From Eledone cirrhosa (lineage: Eukaryota): DNA of 64,000 nt. Location: NCBI GenBank assembly GCA_964016885.1, contig OZ024741.1, positions 377,704,001-377,768,000 of the forward strand, written 5' to 3'. The position numbers and the translations under genes are program-made. Under the pieces are notes generated by a model. It was not told the DNA's origin, ran no database searches, and saw only the letters and a program-made list of their open reading frames with translations. Below, in pieces: positions 1-16,069 of this stretch; the stretch's first letter is position 1; each line of letters starts with the position of its first letter.

Positions 1-287
1 TATAGAGAGAGAGTGAGAGAGTGAGCGAGAGAGAGAGACTGAGGAAGTTGAACAGCCATGACAATGCGGGTTTAGACGGAGTATATAAGGATATGAATAC
101 ATTCAGGTAAAAAAACACGCCCCGCTTCTTACGATTTAATTATTATCCGCCCAAGCCCACATTATCGTGAATTCAAACGTCGAATTCTTGATCCTAATAT
201 ATTTATGAAGTAAACTACAATCTCCTCTCTCCCTCTGTCTCTCTCACTCTCTCTCTCTCTCCCTCTCTCTCTATATATATATATATA

Positions 288-555
288 TGTGTGAATGAAG
301 TAATTCCATCGGAAAAGTCCAGGAAAAAAGATTAATCTATGTATGCAACAGAGCTTAATTATTATTATAATGTAATAAACAACATAAGGCAATTATTCCA
401 TTTACCAGTGGTTTCTTAAAAGCAAAAGGTTTTGCTTTCAATAAACAAACCAGCTTTTTCCCGTTCTGAGGATTGAAAGCAAAACCTTTTGCTTTTAAGA
501 AACCACTGGTAAATGGAATAATTGCCTTATGTTGTTTATTACATAATAATAATAT
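288..555. mobile_element. Fold-back solo PLE pLTR (same family as the 26.4-31.3 kb Naiad-like element)
   Basis: ~360-442 is the reverse complement of ~472-552. 288-360 is the reverse complement of the 'tail' at 31240-31305. Flanked by (TA)n on both sides. Confidence 0.85.
458..518 (+). ncRNA. Type I hammerhead ribozyme
   Basis: CTGAGGA (466-472); stem II TTGAAAGCAAAA/TTTTGCTTTTAA; GAAA (499-502); stem III CCA-C-TGG; GUA cleavage triplet; stem I ccgtt/aatgg. Confidence 0.85.
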
Positions 556-569
556 ATATATATATATAT

Positions 570-1200
570 ATAAAATAGACTATGTGTGGTGTATGTTGTT
601 TCCGCATATTCTGTTCAATTTGCAACCGATTCTCTTCAAATTTGGCACAAACTCGCATGTTGCTCCTGACCTTCTTACATTTTCAAAGCTGGTTCCATTG
701 CGCCCTCTCTAAGAGAAAAACCGACTAAAAACTCATTTTTGTCAATAACTTCTACAGCTTACATCCGATCTCCTTCAATGTTCCCATCTAAACATTTTGT
801 TTAGTGCAGCCCCTGGACTAGAAAAAAACGAATCGAAAAAATCCTCATCGTGATAACGCATACAGTTTGCGACCGATTTCCTTCAAATTTGGAAAAAATA
901 TGCCTCATGTACCAAAAGTTATTTTGGACTAACCAATTTTTCGAGTTTCTATCTATTTCGGGCCCTGTCTGAGCAAAACTAAATTGTGTTCCGTTCCATA
1001 ATTTTGACTCACAACATTTTAGCTGTTCTAGCAGCGAAAAATCAACTCAAACAACAACCTCAATTGAATTGTTTACTGCTTGATCCATCTCGGTTCATCG
1101 ATTTTTCCTCACTGGCAGATGTTTAGTATAAAGGGCGCAATTCATAAGACATCGGTTGAATCAGAAAAAGCTTAATTGGTGCAGGAGATGGAAAATAAAA
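570..1200 (+). mobile_element. Degenerate non-autonomous Helitron-like repeat fragment
   Basis: Starts TATAAAA..gtgtg and has recurring ACCGATT..TTCAAATTT units (~625, ~765, ~870), like those inside the Helitron at 22700-23976. No 3' end found. Confidence 0.35.
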
Positions 1201-1459
1201 AAAATCTTTTCAAAACAAGAAAGAGAAGAAATAAAATGCTATACACAATTCTATACACAATGTTTGTTCATAAAAATTGTTTGTAATAGATAATGTTCTT
1301 CGTGACATGAGCACATGGTCACTAAAAATTGCAATTGTTCAAGCAGAAAGTTCATTGTATTTGAAACTGGAAATAGTAAATACAAGGAAAATGGAAATGT
1401 TTTGCAAGAAGAATGATTAAGAAACTCACTGAAGGTTAACGGTAATTCACATATTGCGC

Positions 1460-2234
1460 CAACTTGGCGGGCTGGTATTCTGGAAAGAGCACGGGGCCTT
1501 GCACTTAGATGCCTGTGCGTCGAATTCCGCGTGATACCAGCAAAGGTTGCCAGAAACACGATTTTGACTGGGACTTCTGGATCTTCGACGGTGAAAGGGC
1601 ATGGATCGACTGTTGCTGCGTCGTCGGTGTGTTTGAAAGGTTTGAGAGGGTTTTAATTTGACCAGCCCGCTCTCTTATCATAGCTCGCAGCTCCGAAATC
1701 TCGGTCTCTGTCGTTGGTTGTGACATGTCCTTGTTGGTATCTTGTTAGGAGTCTGGTTTCGAATCCCGTCCGCGTGACCAATTGTAGCGACATGGTTAGT
1801 CGGTCTGGTCACTACTTCTGAGCGGATCCGAGAATAGCCCTTAAAAGGTCTGTTATCGCATACGGTCTGATCGGATCTGAGGATAGCCTTTAAAAGGACT
1901 GTTGTCACATACGGTAAGGTGAACAGAAGACAGCACAAGTTGAAAGGACGAGCAAGGCGAGAGATGTAGTTTCGGTCAGATATTTATTTTCATACATGAA
2001 GCGACGATACAGTGTGAGTGACAAGCGTAGCAGAGGAGAAGAACAACGATACGCGAGCTGACTCTGCCAAAGGTCGACTGGCGAAAGTGTTTGGAATCAC
2101 TCTATTTATACAAAAATAATCGTTTGATGTTTAGCTGCTGCGTAGGAGTTTTATTTTGGTGTCTTTAAGAGTTGTTTGTTTCACGGTGAGGAAGCTAGCT
2201 AAGCAGATAGATAGGAGGGTTGTTTATTTCACAG
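1460..2234 (-). mobile_element. Gypsy-type LTR retrotransposon relic: 5' LTR + PBS + deleted gag
   Basis: Minus strand: TG... at ~2234, TATAAATA (~2103-2110), AATAAA (~1984-1989), LTR end GCTACA at 1783, PBS, then ATG at 1726. A downstream frame reads GNLCWYHAEFDAQASKCKAPCSF (~1480-1550), a CWYH..C..PC gag motif. Confidence 0.75.
1758..1780 (-). promoter_or_regulatory. Primer-binding site (tRNA 3'-end complement)
   Basis: TGGTCACGCGGACGGGATTCGAA lies 2 nt after the LTR end. Its complement reads TTCGAAT (T-loop) CCCGT CCGCGTG A CCA. tRNA identity not assigned. Confidence 0.75.
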
Positions 2235-2270
2235 ATGTTATTTCCGTTGGCTGTATATATATATATATAT

Positions 2271-3133
2271 ATTGGTAAAAGAAAAAGAAAATGCTGACAA
2301 ATTGTTCCCAGTGAAAAGTAGTTTAATTAGGAATAAGTAAAAATTTGTAATAGTATTGTTTAGTAGTCAGCTTTGGTTTTAAGTTTTACCGGTTGTGCAT
2401 TTCTAATACTTTTCAAACATAATTTTGAGATAGAGCGCCCGTTATGTTTGCTCTAATCTGATTAGTTTTTGAAATTCTACCTGTTTTATGTAAACACTGA
2501 GTGAACACATTGATACCTGTGCTGCCCCAAATCATCCCAACTTCAGAATATTTCCCCCTCTACAAATTTAAAGATAATGCCACCCACACTCAGCGCATCA
2601 GCAAGGAATCTCACTTTATAAACAAATACGGACCCCGTCTAAAAACTTCTCTCTAAGACGAACCCACAACATAAACACGTCAACATACATACCTACATCA
2701 GCATACATCTCTATCACATATAAACGCAATGACATACGTAAACACACATCTTCTATGGTGCAACACAAATATACACAAATTTGCATACCTTTTGATGTCT
2801 ATAGATATAAACGTGCCGACACACACACATACATATACGCACACATGCATTGCACACTGATGGGCACATACATATTTGTACACAAGTATTCCAATACGGC
2901 AAGGCCTAATGGATTCCCCTTGCAGTACGTACAATCTGGACAGTCACACACACCTTGGTCTTATGCCAATACTATATATCATTTCACACCTTTTATTATT
3001 AACGTTTTTGATGTTCTATTGTATTGAGATAATCGTTTTTACTGAAAATATCGAATAATATACACCATTTTTACCAGTATCACAGAAATACTGCCCCCCC
3101 CACACACACACACATATTCTCACACACGCACAT

Positions 3134-3196
<63 letters not shown>

Positions 3197-3910
3197 CACA
3201 CACGCGTACATTAACATACAAAGAGACATATACACACACACTTCTCCGTATAAGATAAGAGTTGAAAAATATATTTTAACATGTTAAAATATTCCCCACA
3301 CACGTACAGACACATTCCCACTGACCATCTCTATACCACGAATTACTCTGCTACACACACACACACACTCACACACACTTGTCTTAATAGGCATTTGAAC
3401 TGTCAGCAGGCTGCGGTTCGCACACACATCCCTGCTGACCATTATCACAACAACGAGCTCTTTACTATTGTTACACACACACACACACACATATTTGTAT
3501 TGAAAGACTTATTTTTCAGTGACTTCTCAATCAGCCGAGACAAACCTACATTTGGCGTAAAATCAATTTTTAACATTCACATGACCTCTACCGACCAAAC
3601 AAAATTGTTTTGACCACAAGAATTTTTTCATACATCTGGAGCCACTTTTTTTTTACATAAAACAGGTAGAATTTCCAAAACTAATCAGATTAGAGCAAAC
3701 ATCACGGGCGTTCTATCTCAAAATTATTTTTGAAAAGCATTAGAAATGCGCAACCAGTAACACTTAAAACCAAAACTGAATACTAACCAATACTATTACT
3801 AATTTTTACTTATTCCTAATTAAACTATTTTTCACTGGGAACAATTTGTCAGCATTTTCCTTTCCTTTTACCAATCTATCATAACTCGTGTGTTACACCT
3901 CTATTCTTTT
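2271..3910 (+). mobile_element. 5'-truncated Neptune-like PLE with inverted 5' pLTR
   Basis: 2271-2494 is the reverse complement of 3653-3875, with a ~35 nt tail to 3910. 2497-2656 encodes LSEHIDTCAAPNHPNFRIF...RISKESHFINKYGPRL (frameshifted), homologous to the GIY-YIG C-terminus at 17163-17369. (TA)n on both flanks. Confidence 0.85.
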
Positions 3911-3937
3911 ATATATATATTTATATATATATATGTG

Positions 3938-6676
<2,739 letters not shown>

Positions 6677-6677
<1 letters not shown>

Positions 6678-8440
6678 TGTTATACTGGGGGAGGTTCATA
6701 TTGTTGTAATAATATTTCAAGAATCAATAACAGAACACACTCACTGTTTGGTTGGTTTTCGCTTCTGTATCTTTTATATTAGTGAATTTATTCGGTCCTC
6801 AATGTTTACCATTGACTGATTAACGGTCGAAAATACAGATATAATATAGACACAAACACATATATATAGTCTAACAGAGTTCTTTCGTTGCACATCTGCA
6901 ACATCATCAGCGGTGCTATTATGTTTCCTCCTGTTGTATTGTATTTCGACGCAATCTTTATTTAATCTGATTATTTATTTATTTATGTATGTTGTCTTCT
7001 ACTCTGCACATGCGTTTGCGTGTGTGTATAGCGTTTGATGTGTGTTCGTGTTTGGGTGACTGATTTGGGGTGACTGTGTTTTGGTTATTTTATTCTATAT
7101 TAGTTTACTAGTGTGTGTTTATATGTGTTTGTTGTTATTGTGCTTGTGTATGTATTTATTTATTTATTTAGTTTCTCTTAAGTCAGTATTGTTTGTGTGG
7201 GTGTTATTGTTATTCCATTCATTTTTCTGTTTAGCTTTGGCCTTCTAAGTTCTATTTCACTGGCCTTTCTGATTTGCGTATCTGCTGGGTCATTCCTATG
7301 TTTAGATATTATTTTAATTTCTATGTCGTCTATGTTACCGTCGTGTTGTTCTCTGGCTTGTTCGTATAGTACTGAAACGTTTTTTCGTCCTTTTAGTTCC
7401 CCCAGTATTGCTCTATCCTTTCACCTATGCTACGAGCTGTCTCGCCTGTGTATGTTATTGTCATGTTTCTGCAAGTACCCTCTGTGCATCTTATACTATA
7501 GACCACGTTTCTAGTATTACAGTTTATCCGTGGGTGTACTTTACATATGATACATTTCCTATTAGTACAGTGGGTTTTCTTACAAGGGTATGTTTTGCTG
7601 ATCAGGGATTTTATGGTGGTCCCTGACTTTTCTACCACCTTTTTCTTTACGTGGGTCTTTCTCAGGGCCTTTCTACACTGGTTAGCTAATTTCCCTCCAG
7701 GGTAGCGTCCACGAATATGACACTCTGGTATCTCTGGTTGTCGTACCATGAGGTGGCTTTCCCTATCTTATGTTTAGTTAAATCTAAGCTATTCCATGAT
7801 TTGCTCATGTATAATGGGCAAATTCCTTTCATGTCCAATTCTATGAAAGTCATATACTTATCCGTGGTTCCTTCGTATGCTCTGATTCTGTATCTTTGGT
7901 TGTAGGCAGAGAACTGCATGCGTTTGCTGAAGTGTCGGATGTATCTTTCCATTTCTGTTGGGACGCACATGCGGGACACGTTCTTCATCACTGGTACCAT
8001 GTCTGCGATCAGAATATTAAACTTAGCACTACTGGACATTGCTGACTTTTGAGTATCAGGTATTTGGATGCCATGGGTTTCGAATAGTGTGAGTGGAGAA
8101 TTTGGCTATCTCGTCTATAGTGTTAATCCAGAGTTCCGTGTCTAATACAGGTAGTCTATTGTTAGGGTGTTTGGAAGGGTAATCGATAGTTACAGTTATA
8201 CACTGTTGTATGGAATTAGCTATTTGCTGGATGCTTTCCATTGTGCTACATTCTAAATCATACTTGCTAGTACCCTCTTGTGGGAATGTCCTTATTACTA
8301 TATTGATGTCGTCTACGTAACGAGAGTACATGATGAGGTCTATGGAGCTCTCATCAAGGAGATCTTTGAGTCTCATTTCCCACCATACCATAACACATTT
8401 GGCAACGTCACCAACTGTGATGACGCCAATGGCTGCTCCT
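6677..8440 (-). mobile_element. 5'-truncated PLE (RT C-half + GIY-YIG, frameshifted)
   Basis: ORFs 8056-8391 (YSRYVDDINI, LPVLD), 7686-8039 and 7393-7749 (CNTRNVVYSIRC..YTGETARSIGERI). The 3' end carries an HHR and the terminal CTCCCCCAGTATAACAA(TA)n. Confidence 0.85.
6874..6913 (-). ncRNA. Minimal type I hammerhead ribozyme
   Basis: Minus strand CTGATGA-T-GTTGCA gatg TGCAAC-GAAA-GAACTC. Stem I is weak. Confidence 0.7.
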
Positions 8441-8659
8441 TCATTCTGGCTCCTCTTGACCTCTTATCCTTAGGATTCTGCTGTAGTCGTCACTTTCAAC
8501 GCACGACTCGGTTTCCTCCACTCCCTCTCTCTCTTTTTTCTACTGGCAAGTTCAGCTACCCCTTCCTCCCACAAAATGCCATGATAGAATTATGTGTCTC
8601 AACAACAAACTTTTGACCAATCCTTGTGACAATCACTTTTACCATATATGGAATATTAC

Positions 8660-8845
8660 CCCCTGAGAAGCTCGTCTATTCATTTACCAGGATAAACATT
8701 TTCATTTAGTCCAGAATTAGCCGTCGAAACGGCTTGAGCTCAGCCGTGGGGGACCTACTAGTTCCTATTACCCACTCTACTACCCTAAGTATTGAGTACT
8801 TTGGTGCGTTATGGTCCATCTGGTTCCTTACCACGTTTCCTTCGT

Positions 8846-8848
<3 letters not shown>
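8660..8848 (+). mobile_element. PLE pLTR fragment (same family as 20014-20224)
   Basis: 8710-8848 is near-identical to 20089-20224 (CCAGAA.TAGCCGTCGAAACGGCTTGAGCTC...CCTTCGTTA(TA)n). Possible decayed HHR core CTGAGAA at ~8663. Confidence 0.6.
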
Positions 8849-8876
<28 letters not shown>

Positions 8877-8879
8877 GAT

Positions 8880-9055
8880 TTCTACAGGACTAGACCTGTT
8901 TCGTTCGGGTGAAATCATCTGGCTTCCTGGTGCTTTCTCACGAATGAAACAGTGCTAGTTCTGTGGAAGCCTTTTCTGTATGAAATATTTTTACTGTGCT
9001 ATGTATTGAGTACCTTACTTACTCTGTATACACCCGATTGAACCCCTGATAAACT
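8880..9055 (+). mobile_element. Small fold-back pLTR-like element between (TA)n tracts
   Basis: Imperfect hairpin 8880-8968 (TTCTACAGGACTAG/CTAGTTCTGTGGAA; CTGTTTCGTTCG/CGAATGAAACAG), followed by a tail containing TTGAGTAC. Confidence 0.5.
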
Positions 9056-10792
9056 TATATATATATTTAATGTATCGTTTTATGTGAATTATATATATAT
9101 AAGAAAGTAGGGTTTCTTAAAACGTCACACACGGGTGAAAATATAAGGAAAATTAATTTTAAATGCAACGGCAGTATTTTTATGAATATTTATTTATTTT
9201 ACCGGTTCCACAAAATTCATGGTTTTCAGAAATAACATCGAGATTGATGGGGTTTTTTTTGCGAGACAAACCAAAAGAGAAACGCAAACCCTCTATCTCA
9301 ATTATAACGTAGATAAATATTCTTAAAATGACTCTAGCTTCATTTTCAATTTCTTTTCCTTATATTTTTACATGGAGCATTATGACATATACAAATACTT
9401 GGAACGCTGTAGGATATTCGAATTACTTGCGAACTACTTCTCTCTTTTGAGAAGCCTCCAGATGATATGGTGGGAATATTCATGTTGAAAGAATTTTATG
9501 AATAGGACCCTGTTTTATTATTGGCACGATTGAATATACAAATAATATACTTTCAGTATCGACTCAAAATAAGATATTATTTAAAACCGCTTCTACCAAT
9601 ATTTTACTTTATCATTCTCATATTGATTATATGTATATTCTCGCTCTCCTCACACAGACATAAACTATCCGAAAGTGCCAATATATGCTGGAACATAATA
9701 CATTCACATTTATAAACGGTTCGTTTGAATGTGAACTACTATTTAAAACGAAGATCGATGGAAATACGTATATCATGATCAATCATAATCTAACATTAAG
9801 TCTGCTTTGATTAGTAATAAGTCGATCATTTATGACAAAGTGTTTTTGGTGTTGACAGCAATTAAACGTACATATTTATAGGTAATTGTCAAATATTAAC
9901 ACAATCGTTCCCATTTTACACACTAGCATATAAAAAACAAATCCACTTCCATGCAGTAATATGACATAGCATTTTGAAAATATCGCTTTTTGGACAAAGA
10001 AAACGTGGATATATATCGTCAACAGCTATTTGAACTCAATGTACATAAATGATGTTCTGCCGTTAGTGTAATACTTTGACAAATGCCAATTATTAACTAA
10101 ACTTCCTTTCACTGTTAATATATTAGTCTCTACAAATTAAATATTTCGGATACGGTAGTATAAACAGCACTAGTTTCAAGGCAAAATGTTTTCTTTTGAG
10201 TCCATGCAAGCTAAAATATTATTGATATAATTATCTGTTTTAAAATTTAGAATAAATATTAAAAAGCTTCAAAAACGAAGATCACTAACGTATAGATTTT
10301 CCAGACACAAATTATTGCAAACTAATAAAATGCACTTATAACAAGAATTTGTGAGAAGTGAACAATATAAACAAACGAGATGTTACAAAAATATAGAAAA
10401 AAAGATAATTATAGATAGCTACTGGGAACATTTTTCTTTCAAGTTCAATTTAATATAATTTTTACGTAGATTGGTCTCTGAAGAAATGTTAGATAACGTA
10501 GAATGGCATTTATGAATGTATTTTAATTATAGTGGCACTTGGAAATCTGATATAATTTTCATTTTAATTCCACACACACAGTGAGGATTTTACTGTAGGA
10601 TAAACGTAAATGGCATTCACTTTCTTCTCTACTATAACATTACATATTGTCCTTAGCATCAAAGCTCAAGTAAATGATCTTGTCTAACTTGTTTTTTGCA
10701 TCAAAACACGAATACATTTCATTTCCTTCTTTCTTCTTCACACTTTGAGTTTTTCTATAGATAATGTATAGTTAAGGCGTAGGGCTGAAGTG

Positions 10793-10940
10793 AAAGCGTG
10801 TGGCTGATTGGTTAGAGAATGGGATTCGCAATGGTGAGTTGGCAGTTCGATTCTGGGACCGGGCGATGCGTTATGTCCTTACCCAAGACACTTTATTTCA
10901 CGTTGCTCCGTCTACCTGGAGTTGCGACTGATAAATAGTA
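10793..10940 (+). mobile_element. tRNA-derived SINE (degenerate)
   Basis: A-box-like TGGCTGATTGG, B-box GTTCGATTC, then GTGTCCTT..CAAGACACTTTATTTCACGTTGCTCC body. Confidence 0.7.
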
Positions 10941-11046
10941 TTAGTAATTGGAAAGGCCAACATTGTTTCCACGGTCCGATTTGACGAAAGTCGATCGATT
11001 GTGTACATACGTGTGCGTGTGTACATACGTACACACCCACACCTAA

Positions 11047-11104
<58 letters not shown>

Positions 11105-11859
11105 GATATATACACAAATATATACTGCGTATATATATACTGTGTATATATATTGTGTGTATATATATATACACAACATCTGTAGAACAGCATATCAATC
11201 TAATTGGTAATTACACCTCTTCCGCTGGCACCACTGTTGCAGCACATACAATTGTTACCAGCATCGATGCTATCGCTTGTGCTAGTTCTGCTTTCGTCAC
11301 TATATCTAATGAGACTAAACTTATTTCGGTCCCAGACAACCTACTCCAAAATCATCTAACCAACCACGAAATTAACACTAAATTAACTAGACTTAAGAAT
11401 TCTATCTCCTGGATTTAACAGAATCCCTTTTCCCATCACCCTCAAATGTCTATGATCCATTGGACTACATATTCAATATGTCTCCCATTTGCATATCCTA
11501 CACACAATACCACTATACACAATGTCAATCAACATCACACCTGGCCAGTTAGAAGTCAATATTAACACCTGTTGGACTAATATCTGTAATCGCAAATGTC
11601 TCTCAAATAGAATTAAATGCATCTACCCCACAGAAATAGCAAGCCTCCTTCTTTAATATAACACACAACAGCGGTACCAATAGAATAATTAGCCGTTATG
11701 TAGAACATTTTAATAACAACTTTCACAGGCCAACTAGTTCGACTCATCAATGTCGGACTTATTTCAGAAAACAATCAATTTTGAATCTCTCTCCCTCCAT
11801 CTCTCTTGACAGTTTATGTAGATCATTTTAATAACAATATACTTTATTTCCAGCATGTG

Positions 11860-12460
11860 CTACCTATGGTTGCGTCTTCCGTTTGTGTCAATGCATATAT
11901 AGGAGGGATGGGCGAATATGAACTCACATTTTATTACGACACTGATGCCCAATTTGCTCTAAATATCCGCAAACCTTCAGCTCTTGCAATTCTGCCACCT
12001 AAACAAAGTTGTCGACGGCTTTGATATGCTCGTTGCTTCTTCATGAGGAATGATATCAAAATATCATTCCTCAGGAAGTAAAAAAAAAGTTCTCGACTAT
12101 TTTGAAGACACTTGGATTGGGCGTCCTGACAGACGGGGAAAACGTCGTGTTCTCAAGTTTAATATTATTATATGGTCATGCTACGAAAGAGTAGAAAAAA
12201 GGATTTTCCAAAAACAAATAATTCAGTAGAGGGATGGCATTGCGGGTTGTTGCAACACGTTTCTTCTTACCATCCAACTATATGGACATTTTTAGTGCTT
12301 TGAAAAGGGAAGAAAATTTGAATGAATTACACTTGGAAAGAATAAATAGCATTTATGAGATCAAAAATATTTTGTAAAAAATCAAAGCTGGTGCCAGACG
12401 TCTGAAGAACCTTGTCACCTCATTTGATAGTAGATTATTTATGTGGAATTTTATACAACG
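11860..12460 (+). pseudogene. MULE/MuDR transposase C-terminal relic
   Basis: Frameshifted translation gives YDTDAQFALNIRK.SALAILP, YFEDTWIGRPDRRGKRR, WSCYERV..FPKTNNSVEGWH and HPTIWTFFSALKREE. Confidence 0.8.
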
Positions 12461-13089
12461 TCAGCTTCTAAATAAAATTTTAGTGGTTTTGATTTCCAAT
12501 CAAATTTACCATGGCAACTGTTTTAGATTTTTTATTGTTTTAATAAATGTTCTTGATGACAGTGGTTTCTGTTAGCATTTTATACAGATTATTGTCCAAT
12601 CTTGTATTCGAAGAAGGTGTATGAAAACAACTCTTCCATGTTTTGATTTTCTGAGTAAAATACTTTCGAAGTAAATGCACTTGCAAATATCTGATTTCGA
12701 AGAAATGTTTACGATAAGTCCATAAATCATTGTTTTCGGTAGAGAGGATCCATTATATAATTCCCTAGCTTCTTTCAAGACATCACAAAACACTTCTTTC
12801 CAACTCCCCCGGGTTCATAGGCAGCACCTGGAAGTAATCAAAAGACTAAAAGACCATAATCTGATTATGCATAGCCGGATTAGATATACGTTTAGCATAG
12901 ACGTAGTTTCGCTCTCCTCATATCTTCCCGCCATTCGCCATCGACATGATTAATGACGCTATCGCATCTACTGTGCTCAGCTATTTCGTCATAACTCCCC
13001 TGACATCCAGGACTTACTCCATGTCATCAGGGTGCTGATCTAAATGAGAAGACGGCCACTGCCAACCGTCAAGCCATCCATAGCAATGG

Positions 13090-13540
13090 CTTGAACAAAG
13101 AGCTAGCCCTTTCAGCGTCTTCTTTGTGGAGACGCCTCAACAAACGACGTCTTCCAGACAACAATATATACCAACCAGTTCCATCGACAACGCAGAATTG
13201 TGCATATAAGGGAATGTAGTCTACAAATGGTATGAAAACAAAGTTCTTCCATGGACATCGGGATTACCGCAAGGATGTTCCGCATACGTATCAAGAAGCA
13301 CTTGGCTGGGAGAGCTTCATCTGAAAAAACGCGCTGACAAATGCTGCAACAGCGAGATTGAGGCCACCATAGAAGAGACATAAAAGAATTGTGTAGGGAA
13401 TTTAAGAGTTAAAAGACGTTAATGTTCAACACACAGAAGCCACAAATAAACAATTGATGAGAGCAACATGGAGGAGAGTGGAGTTTATGACATGCCCACA
13501 TATGCGCAGTCCAGCGACTTGAACCAGTTAAGGTAGAACA
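13090..13540 (+). mobile_element. Highly decayed RTE-like LINE 3' fragment
   Basis: Remnants resembling the RT C-terminus (F..RCLR.I..I.W..., R.WLGH). Preceded by a possible PLE RT scrap at ~12800-13000. Confidence 0.3.
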
Positions 13541-14026
13541 GGTTGTTCGTTTTTCTCTTGCATTAACCCAGAAATATTATATTGAAATACATTAGGAAAG
13601 AGCATTTATTTGTTTCGTGTTATTTGTCAACCTTTGCATTATTTTATATATTATTACTACGTTGCACCGATTTTCTGAAGTACTTACCAATCAATGATGA
13701 TATTTTAACTCTACTAATTCACACACACACACACACGCGCGCTCAGAGTATCAAGAACAAGGTGGTTGATCAAATAATCTACCCATTGTAGTTGCAAAGA
13801 AACATAAAGCATTCTACGACATATGTTCCTCAAGGTATTATCAATAAGGTATCAAAGGGAGTGACAATAACATAAAGAAGGGAGACATTTTCGAAATACC
13901 TATAACAGTACTAGTAAATAAATAGATGATATATATTTAAAACCGTCCGTTGCTCTACTTTATATTTTGTATATATATAAATATACATATATATATATAT
14001 TTGTGTTTGTGTGCGTGTGTATATAT

Positions 14027-14302
14027 GTTGTTATAGTTTACGATTGTCATGCTGCCAATAAGTACACACGAACCTCTTGGTTGAACTACACCAAGATGGC
14101 GTAGGGCAGAACAAAGGAGTGAAACAAAATAAGGAAACATTCACTGAAGAAGTCACATAATGTGGGACAAAAGAATGTTGACAATATATAAACAACCATA
14201 TGGTTATTTAACCAGCCAACCGGAAATTTATAATAAATTGAAGTGAAAAACAATGGGTGCGTGTGTTTTTTCTTGGCAGCATGACTCTCCCAAATATAAC
14301 AA
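14027..14302 (+). mobile_element. Solo pLTR with short inverted terminal copy and decayed HHR
   Basis: 14027-14070 is inverted relative to 14256-14302. CTGAAGAAGTCACA..GAC at ~14143 with the GAAA mutated. Ends CATGACTCTCCCAAATATAACAA(TA)n. Homologous to 43830-44066. Confidence 0.6.
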
Positions 14303-14689
14303 TATATATATTCATATATACATATAGTGACATACACAGGCACTCAAGCTTCGTTGGGTTAATCTCACCTACGCATTCATCCTGTCATATAATTTAAAAT
14401 GGAAATTTTAGAATTTACAGGAGTATTCTAAGAATAGGTAATACCGAACTTATTTATAAATAGACAAATCCCTTGAATAATTGGAATGAAAATGGAGGTA
14501 ACCATAGAAAATTATACAAGGAGTACAACATTTAGGCTGAAATTCGACGAAAATGTATTCAGTTATACGGTCTAGACTAAAATTAAGAACACATTTTGCT
14601 TCCTGAAAACAGTGACTGAAGCCCTCGACGCGGGTATTTAGGCAGAGTTTCATCGAAGTCAGTTACGAGGGTATATTTCACTTCTCCAA

Positions 14690-16010
14690 ATATTACAGAG
14701 CTGGCAACCTTGCGTCTTATTGACAAAGTGGATCGATATTATCAGAATCCTCCTTTTAATATAGAATGCTGTGCCGTTCTTTTTTAAATCCCACAAGTGG
14801 TTCGCGAGCTGAGTAGTTTGTGTTTTTTCAGGATATCTGAAGATTTTTTCGTGGTTAAGAAAATGATTTTGAACCGGCTGTCAAACATTCCTACATACGT
14901 GCAGACGTCAGTGTGTTGGTTCTGGTTGGTGGCGGTTATTTCTGCTCCATATATCATCGCTGGAGTGCTGTACTGTTCATCCAGGCGCATACCACTGATT
15001 CATGATCATTCGTAAGGCTTTTGCGTTTGTTAGAGATGAGTGATTGTATGTTACTGATACAAGAGTAGTGTACTTTCACTGTATGCCGCTTGAATATTTG
15101 TCGATATTTATGGCCTACGAGGAAGTGAGAATCTAGGAGGTCTAGAAACCTTCTCTTTATATTGGCCTTCACATTAAACAGTAATAGTGGCGCGAACAAT
15201 GCGGCGGATTACGACAAGTTTCTTTCTTGTTAGATATAGGGCGGTGATCTGGAGAGTGAGTTATTCTCTAGGAGAAGCTGCTGTTACTTTGGGCTGACTT
15301 GTAGAGGTTTGTTCTATCAAAGATGGCTTTGTGAGAAGAGATGACGGAAACCTTTTTACTAATGTTATTAATGAGATTTTTAACACCTCTAGGATGTGGC
15401 TAGAGGCATTATGAATGTATCCAGACTTTTCGTTGGGTTTGTGGAATAATATGTATGTGCGTGTACGTAGTAGGTTTAAGTAAGCATCTAGCAAGTTAGA
15501 ATTGGTGAAGTCGGTAGTTATTGTAACTTTTATTCTTAGGTATTGAAAGTAGTAATCAGGTTTTTTTCTAAAATTATCGAGGTCATGGCCAGTTTTATGG
15601 CTCGGTAATGCCATACCATTTTCATCATATACGCCCGAAATGAACTCAGGGAAATTTTTACATATCCTGTCACAAATAAAAAGGCCCAAGAAAATGTACA
15701 TATCACCAGTGTTAATTGATCCCATCGGCACATGGAATAGTAACTGTTAGGGTATTTTTAAATCCAGGTTTCCTGATTATTAAAGAGGAGTTCCTTCCTA
15801 AAATGGAATATTATTAACCTGTCTAACTGGTATATATGGGTGAAATTCCTAGCGACATCTTAGGCCTTATCAGGTAAGGTCCTAGATATCGAAGCATAAA
15901 ATTCAATTACCTCAAATTGTGTGAATTAGTCTTCTTAAATAGTTTGAGGAAGTTAAACTGATCTATTACTGCTTCTCTATTACGCGCTGATTAAGGCAAG
16001 ATTGCTAGCT
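14690..16010 (-). pseudogene. Decayed Naiad-like PLE RT-EN
   Basis: VPMGS..GLFI..GVYDENG, HKTGHDLDNFRK, FHKPNE..YIHN.S.H, FLDLLDSHF..HKYRQIFKRHTVKVHYSC, YVG.....FK. Confidence 0.8.
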
Positions 16011-16069
16011 ATAATAATGTTTTCAGATATTATTTAAATAACAAATTCTAACACACACTCATACAATAT

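Noticed and set aside
10800-10860. tRNA gene
   Set aside because: A/B boxes are present but there is no cloverleaf, and the sequence continues into a SINE body. Likewise at 55980 and 58300.
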